A stretch of 64,000 nucleotides of DNA from Eledone cirrhosa (taxonomy: Eukaryota), in assembly GCA_964016885.1 (NCBI GenBank), contig OZ024743.1:207886001-207950000 (forward strand). The letters run 5' to 3'. Position 1 is the stretch's first letter; every line of letters begins with the position of its first letter. A program made the translations under genes and the position numbers. Positions 56,201-64,000 of this stretch are shown here, piece after piece. The notes below the pieces were generated by a model. It searched no databases and was not told the DNA's origin. It worked only from the letters and a program-made list of their open reading frames with translations.

Positions 56201-56960
56201 ATGCAGTCTTTATGAAACAAGTTGTAGCCAGTTATGCTGAAAACCCCATCACAGAGTAAAGAATGTGCCCATGTTTCCGTGACTGTAATGAAGTCAGGGT
56301 TGATACTTTTGACATAGGAGTCAAAAAGATGTATCTTATTGCATAGACTTTGTGCATTTAAGGACAATTTGTACATTGATTCCAGTCTATGATTATGTGC
56401 AGGGGATGGCAGGTTGTTCTGATTTAGTTTCCCAGAGTTTTTTCAGTTTTTTTATTGCCAGTTGTTGTGGGTACAGTGTTTTCAGACCATCAAAACAAGT
56501 TTCCTATCATTTGAAGGCTAAGATCTTTGATATTTACAACCTACAAGTTGCGTTATATGGTCTTGACTGTGTTAATTGGATGACAAGGTCACTTCAGAAG
56601 CTCCTACATTCCAGAATCACATCATGAGACTTATGACTGGCGACCATATCTGTATTAGGGAGCTGCTCAACATTACCAAACTTAGACCAATTACATCAAT
56701 TGTCAAGTTAAGAGTACTCAAACTATACGGTCATATAAAAAGATCAACTCGTGGTGTGAGTAGGTTATGCCTTGAAGGAAGGTTGGCTGGTAAGAGAAGC
56801 AGAGGCCAGCAGCCAAAACAATGGCTTGACAATGTCAACCTATGGACTGGACTTGATCTTTGCTCTTTGAACTCTGCTGCTGGTGATCAAACTTTGTGGT
56901 GAGCGATATCTCATGTTGATGTGCAATCTGCAACTGGCAGAGTTTAGCGTCACAAGAGAG
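53235..56960 (+). mobile_element. RTE remnant split by the CR1 insertion (parts 53235-53446 and ~56480-56960)
   Basis: Left 'VKEFVYPG...IALGWAAFNKNK' continues on the right as 'HLKAKIFDIY.L...LYG.D...W...R.LKLYGHI.R...EG...GKRSRG...W'. Confidence 0.75.
53447..56475 (-). mobile_element. CR1-clade LINE, ORF2 nearly complete but frameshifted
   Basis: APE domain (55378-56376: 'LNAQSLCNK', 'TETW', 'GDFNHP.IDW', 'PTR..N.LDL', 'SDH'). RT ('W..A.V.PLFKKG....NYR.VSLTS', 'VYLDFAKAFN.VPH'). C-terminus 'VRPHLEFA.PVW.PY'. (ATT)n tail. Confidence 0.93.
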
Positions 56961-58598
56961 ACAATGAAGGTGATTGAGGCTCGAGTTCATCGATATTGAA
57001 ACAATGGCATCATATGTACAAACTTTATTATCATATTACAACACTGACTTCAACACTTTTAAATTTATTTATTTAATATATATAAATTAGATGTAACAAT
57101 ACATAAATAGTTTTCATCATTCTCAATATTCTACCCCCCCCCCCTCCTCTCTCTACCTCTAATCTACTTCATCTTTCTCTCTCTTCTCTCTTTATAGCTA
57201 ATTCATATCTGTTTTTTTTTGGAAAACACACATGGGGTGACCATCACTAATTTTTGAATGGGTGGAGGAATTGACTAACCATCACTAGTTTCTGACTGTG
57301 TGTATGGTGGTGGTGGTGGTGACTGACCATCACTAGTTAGAAACTATTGATGGTCAGTCACCACTACCACCATACACACAGTTTCTGATTGTGTGTATGG
57401 TGATGGTGGTGGGTGACTGACTATCACTAGTTTCTGATGGTGGGGGAGGGGTGGGTGATTGACCATAACTTGTCTTATTGTCACTAGTTTCTGACTCTAA
57501 AATATTCCTTATGATGCCAAAGTGTGGGTGGTGGAATAGAAGGAGGGAGAGAAAGAGACTAGTTAAGGGGGGGGGGGGGTATGAGAGGGAGATGGGGGAG
57601 AGAGACAGACAGGTAATAGAGAGGGGGCAGTTGGAAGAAAGGGGAGAGAAAGAGAAGGTAGATTGGAAGAAAAGGTGAACAGAAAATGAAAGTATGAAAG
57701 ATGGTTAAGAACAGAGAGAGCTGAAGCCATATAATAACTGTTATTGGTGAGAATGGAAGGGAATTATTCCATTTTGGTTGAGTGAACCAAGAAGTAATAA
57801 ATATGAAGTCAGAGAAATATGAGCAGTGAGGGAGGGGGGAATTATTGGTGCCAAGAATGGTTAGTATAGATTACTATAGTGTTATTGTGTGAAGAGAAGC
57901 TGAAATCTGATACAATAGATAAAGCTAGCTATAAAATTGCCATTATGTATGAGATAGATTCTTAAAGAGTTCTCTACTAGTTAAAGTAGGTCCTTTATCT
58001 CAAATAGAAGATTAACTCTGGAATGAGAAGAAAAAGGGAGGTGAGAGAGATTCTTGTTTGTTTCATCTGATTCTCAGAGTAAGGTGTTTATCCTACCTAC
58101 AGTAGAATATACATAACAACAAGAATAACAGTTTAACCCGAGGTCAGCACTGGCTCAGCAAACCTATGATCAAAGACTTTCTTGACATGACAACTCCAAC
58201 TTTTCTCAACCCTTGCATATAAGATGTTAGGGTGTCAATTGAGAAAGATTTAGCTGCTATTTCTATAAGGTTCCCCTCCCTTTATCAGATCCTACACTAA
58301 CTACTATACCATGTCCTTCCTCAACATTACTAAGGAACAACAAAAACAACAACGGAAGCTAAAATAAATGAGTTTTATATGAGTGTCACTTGAAAGTTGC
58401 TTCTTTTTCTTATGAATGAAAGGCTAACTATATACATAAATGAGACTTTTATTGCTCCAACCTGTCCACTCACCATCAATAACTACCCTAAATATACATA
58501 CATTTCACACACATTTTTGGTAAAGTTTGTCTATTTTTTTCTTCAAACTTACATTTTAGACTTAGTTCCGTTTATTTGTCTAGTTAATTTCTACGGAC

Positions 58599-58760
58599 TA
58601 AGAGGAAAGATTAGGTAAATTTTATCTGACGGTTCCTCATAAAGGAATATTGATAACATTTATCTGTTATTTCTTCAAAGTTACATTTTAACTAGATAAA
58701 TGTTATTGATATTCCTTTATAAGGAACAGTCAGACAAAATTTACCTAATTTTTCCTCTTA
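58599..58760. repeat. Imperfect fold-back (~68-bp arms)
   Basis: aagaggaaagattaggtaaattttatctgac...taacatttatct is approximately the reverse complement of agataaatgtta...gtcagacaaaatttacctaatttttcctctt. Confidence 0.75.
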
Positions 58761-59859
58761 ACTAGATAAATAGTCCGTAGAAATTAGCTCCATTTAAATG
58801 ATTAAAAAGAAAATAATTGGATAAATTTTGTCTGACTAGTCTTCAAACTTATATATATATATAAAATTATATATACACACACACACATATATGAAAGCAA
58901 ACAAGCAAGTAGGACTGTCAAACACACAAATCCAAACTCAGACACACCTAGAACAAACACAAAGCAATCATGGAATGCCCTCTACATAAATAATACACTC
59001 AGAAAACAAAGCCAACAATAAACAAAACATCTCATGGATATGACCACTGGATTCCAAACTCATAAAAATACATTCTTAAAAACAAAACCAATCATGAACT
59101 AAATGTCTCTATAAGAACTAAGACATCTTCTATAATCCCTACCTCAGATATCATCTATAAATCCCAACCCCGAACCCACTCTAAATATGAGTATGGAGGA
59201 GACGGACTTTTTCAAGCTGTAGCAATCAAATTACGCAGATAGTTTAATATCTATTCTTATACAGAAACTATTATCTGCAGTGACTACAACCCCATTATGT
59301 AATAACTCTTGCTCTACTCTCTCCTGTATAACCTTAATCTTAAACCCTCAAACAATCCCCCAGGATGGCGTGATGTTGAATACATGTTTCACTTTTATGC
59401 AATTTTGAACTTTGCATATCTTCTGCATTTAGTGTACATGTAATAGCTGGAAAGAAATGAAGCAAACAAGCTTCAATGGATGTGTGATGTTGATGTGCAT
59501 GGTCAGTGAAGCATGAATGAATTGAGAGTCATTTGATTCCCTTTATATTCAGTTTCTGTGTTGGTATGAACATGTGATGTTTATGGATGATGATTATTGG
59601 GGGAAGAAGTACCAGGAGTTCCTAGTGGAAGGAAGCTGCAATAAAGGAAGACAAAGAAAAAGAGATAACAGAACACAATAAGTGGAAGGAAGAATGCTGG
59701 AATGGTCATGTCCAACCTAAGTAAGTTTAGAAAAATGGATATAAAAAGGAGGAAGGTCATGAGGATGGAGATGATGATAATGGTGATGATGATGAGGATG
59801 ACGACCCTGCATTTGTATCTTTTACAATGGTCTAATGAGAATCATGGCTGAGTGATTTT

Positions 59860-60150
59860 AGTTGGTGGAAGGGCATCCAACCAGAAAAAAACTTCCTGCC
59901 AAAAATATGACACCCAAAAGTGGTTGGTGGTAGACAGGAAGGGCATCCAGTCAGAAAAAATACCCTGCCAAAAATATGACACCCAGTCCACTCTATAAAG
60001 TGGTTGGTGGTAGACAGGAAGGGCATCCAACCAGAAAAAATACCCTGCCAAAAATATGACAAGTACCATAAATATTCCCACTAATTGTGTAGTCAAACCC
60101 ATGCAAGCGTGGAAAAACAGGCATAAAAATGATGATGATGATGATGACAA
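59860..60150 (+). repeat. Triplicated RTE/SINE 3'-UTR motif followed by an RTE-type (GAT)n tail
   Basis: ggaagggcatcca..cagaaaaaa..cctgccaaaaatatgac x3, then caaacccatgcaagcgtggaa..gatgatgat. Confidence 0.75.
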
Positions 60151-63100
60151 TGATGAGGGTGCCGATGATGATGAAAGAAAAAAGAATGGAGGAAAGTAGG
60201 ACAATATAAAAATATTTCTCCCTATCAAAGTTATTTGATCAATATTCAGAAGTGAATCAGTGCAAATGTTTGACAATGTTATATATTAAAGTTGCTTTAT
60301 CTATGATATGTTGAATCTGTGGATATAGAGACATACACAAAAGAAGGCATTATTATACCTTTTCATCTTACCCCCCCCCCCCCCCCCCAATCTCTTCATC
60401 CCTCATTCCTCTTCTCCTCCAATCAATTAAAGTACAGTATATCATAATACTGGGTCAACTAATTGCTTACTCTTCATCCTCTCTCTCCTCCTCCTTCATG
60501 TCCCCCTCCTCCCTGGCCTCCTCTTCCTTCTCCTCCCAGTCCAGCAGTGGCTGTCACTTGGTACTATAGAAAGGTTCACTGTTGGAAGGTTGGAGGATTC
60601 AGAGGCAGTAGACATAGATAGTGTAGATAGGGTTTTAACTGGTGAAATATCTTGTTAGGCTTGGAATGCTAATGTTTTTTACTACTACCCCCCCTCTCTC
60701 TCAATCTCCCTTTCTCTACTAGCAGTGATCACTCTCCAAGTTGTTTCAACCCTTAATATCCTCTAATGATTTATCACAAAATATCTAAACAAATAAAATA
60801 TTAACAGTTTATTTATATAGTTGTATTTTGTTTGTAAAAGTTTGCAGTAAAATAAGATATACAGAGATGAGTGAATATAAAACATCAATTTAAACGTCTG
60901 TATAGAGCTAGTAAGCCATGGCAGGCTAGAGGAAGTATCTAGTACTTCTTATGGTTGAGAAATAAGATATAAATAAAATAAAATTAAAATATTTCATAAG
61001 AAGGGAAAAACCATTGTTGTGTAGTTCAACAATAAATCTATTTTATTTCTTCATTGGAACACCTCTGGTTTTATAAACATGATTCAACATAAAAGTAAAC
61101 CTGTCTCCATCAGAGATGTAACTAGGGGTATAGCAAGCATGACATGAGCCATGGACACCACATGAAGGGGACATCACTTGGACTAGGAGTACTTTTCTAT
61201 TGAAGTCAGATAAGCTATCACCAGATATCATATACCCGAAGAAGTTTCTTTTTTCACTCTATCTTTGATTATCATGGGTGAGATACACTATGGTGGCTGG
61301 ATCATTAAACTGTTTATATAAAATATTAGGCCTCCAAAGGTAAAAATACAGTGCTGGGAACTACATGACCACATAGTATGACTTGTTAAATAGGGTCTAG
61401 GGTGGTGGATTGGCAGTAATTGGTAGAGCAACGGACAACATGCTTTATGGCATAGGGTTACGCACCTTTACAATCTGAGTTCAAATCCCGCTGATCAACC
61501 TTACGGGGTCGATAAAATAAAGTACCAGTGATGCATTGGGAGTCAATTTAATCGACTTCCCCTCCCCCCAAAATTGTTGTCCTTGTGCTTAAATCAGAAA
61601 GCAAAATTTGGGCAAGGGTGCAATTTCACTTCTTGCTATAGCCAATATTTTCCCTCGTTACACCTCTCCACAAATGCTTGTGATTGTTTTTCTATCTCAA
61701 TCAACAACTGAAGAGATGTATTTTATGAAAGTCACCTCACTCATGTACTACTTTAAACCACTAATAGCTTTAACAGAAACTTAAAAAGTATTTAAAAACA
61801 AAAAAAAAAGCAATATGAAACAAAAAGCCATCTTGTATAGGTTACAACTTTTCTTATATCATAAACTCACTGACTGGAACATACAGTCACACAGATTCCT
61901 TTTACTAAGGTCTTCATCCCAGCTTTTAAAGGGTTTTCTCTAAATAAAAAATAGATCTCATTTGTTTTTTATATGTTTAGACTATAGAAAGGGAGAAATA
62001 ATGAAATAACATGCTTTGTTTGCTTGTTACTTTTTTTCTTTTTTGGATTTTTGTTGTGTTATATATATGTATATATTTCTTTTTTAGTTGTTTATAACTC
62101 TTCACCATCCCCACCACTACCATCACCACCACTTCCACTACCACTATTAACATCATCATCATCACCACCACCATCACTTCCATCTCCACTATCACCAGCT
62201 CCACTTCCACCACTATCCCCATTCCTAGCATCACCATCATTATCATCACCACCACCTCCCAACTAAATCATTAAAAATACAAGAGACATCACAACTTGGG
62301 AGGCCTAACTTTAAATTATTGGTTTCAAGAGTGTTTTGTGGTTGATATGGTTGTTGATGATGATGATAAAAACATCCAGAAAACATCTTCACCACCATCA
62401 CTATCACCATCATCGCCACCATCACCATCATCTTCACCACTTCCATCACCCCATCACCATTATCATCATCTTCATGACCACCACCACCACCATCATCATA
62501 ATCACCACTACCACCAACACTACCATCATCACCACCACCACTGCCATCATCATCATTATTTCTTACATTTTTTTTGTAATGATAATTTATTTTCATTATA
62601 TATCTTCCCCTCAAACCATAAGGATCACTACCAAACCTTTTAAAACCAAGAAGAATAGGGCATAATTTGCTTATCTTATCTCTGTCATTGCTATGTATCA
62701 TTACTATCTTTATATCTGCTATATTTCCATCATGAATCATACAATGGTACACCTCATCACAAGGTTCACACTGAAACAGCTATTGTATTTATAACAATGA
62801 AACTCCTTGCTCGACATTAAATACAACAGCTTCAAAGAAGAAAACTAAAATTGCGTTCATTCATCTAATGTTTAATGTTAGTTTACATGGACGACCGGTG
62901 GAGATGAAGTGAGAGAGAAAAACTTGGGTATAAGAAGAATCAGTCAGTGTGCCAGAAAAAGAAGACTGTGCTGGTGTAGACATGTGACGTGCATGCCTTT
63001 GGAGTGATGTTACTCACCAGTGTGTGTAGCTCAGAGATCAGAGAGTCACTCCAGGTAGAGCCACTACTTCTCTGAATTGAGAGATCACAGCTCCGGTACT

Positions 63101-63359
63101 ATGGGCATGTGGTTAGAGTGTCTCAGGAAAGAATCGCTGGACATATTTTACAGGTAAAACCAACCAACAGGAGACCCAGGGATAGATCCTGAGCAAGATG
63201 GTTGGATAACATCCATGAGCTTGGTTGGTCTCACTTGGGGATCCAGGTGGATCAATTGGAGATGGTTGCTTCTGACAGACCTACTGGAAGTAGTGTTTGA
63301 GGATTTCCCCCTACGAACCTCTCAAGTGTAAGTGGGTGAAGAACAAAAACAAGACTGTG

Positions 63360-63640
63360 CTTGTATAGACTTTGTATATAGTACACATTCTAACTGTGTA
63401 TATAGTACACAGTTAGACTTTGTATATACTACACAGACCTTGTATATAGTATACAGACCTTGTGTATACTACACAGTTAGACCTTGTATGAAGTACACAG
63501 TCAGACCTTGTATGTAGTACACAAACCTTGTGTGTAGTACACAATTAGACCAGTGTGTAGTACACAATTAGACCTTGTGTATACTATAAAGTTAGACTTT
63601 GTATATACTACACAGTTAGACCTTGTATATACTACACATA
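63360..63640. repeat. ~23-bp tandem repeat (gtatatactacacagttagacctt)
   Basis: About 10 degenerate copies. Confidence 0.8.
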
Positions 63641-63850
63641 ACACAAAGGACATAGATTTCACTGACCCTAAACATAACAGTAGAAAAATAAATAAATAAA
63701 AAATGTTAACTGTGACCCCCAGTTGTAAAGAGTAAGTACCAAGTGGGTCATTTACTTTAAATATTATCCCAGCTGACTACACTGATATATATCATCATCA
63801 TATCACCAACATCATTTTACCATCCATTTCGCCATGCTTGCATGGACACG

Positions 63851-64000
<150 letters not shown>

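Noticed and set aside
60471-60650. Possible minus-strand exon (DISPVKTLS...EEREDE) ending at a GTAAGC donor
   Set aside because: No polypyrimidine tract at the acceptor, half of it is low-complexity purine sequence, and no recognisable homology. RNA-seq would be needed.
61977-62752. His/Pro/Asp/Gly-rich ORFs
   Set aside because: Degenerate (CAT/CAC)n trinucleotide repeats.

Overview
Eukaryotic, very AT-rich, repeat-saturated non-coding DNA. The microsatellite load and SINE/LINE repertoire resemble a cephalopod (octopus-type) genome; this is inference only. No intact host protein-coding gene can be supported. The long ORFs in the track are (TA)/(TACA)/(CA) microsatellite artefacts or decayed transposon ORFs. 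Recognisable elements are: a near-complete Penelope-like element (RT + GIY-YIG, Hydra-clade-type motifs, 24.2-27.0 kb); a CR1 LINE (EN + RT) nested in an RTE remnant; several RTE fragments; an R4/Dong-type RLE fragment; a same-strand cluster of about 7 CRE-type RLE 3' ends (37-45 kb); one mariner and two maT/DD37D-like remnants; a hAT-type MITE with an 8-bp TSD; and two tRNA-derived SINE families. The most striking hidden signal is a dense set of type I hammerhead-ribozyme motifs. There are about 10 full or partial copies from at least 5 sequence families, located in Penelope-type pLTR/retrozyme-like units. Many sit in head-to-head inverted (fold-back) pairs, and one pair flanks a newly born ~45-bp tandem array. 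Coordinates were read by eye and may be off by a few bases.
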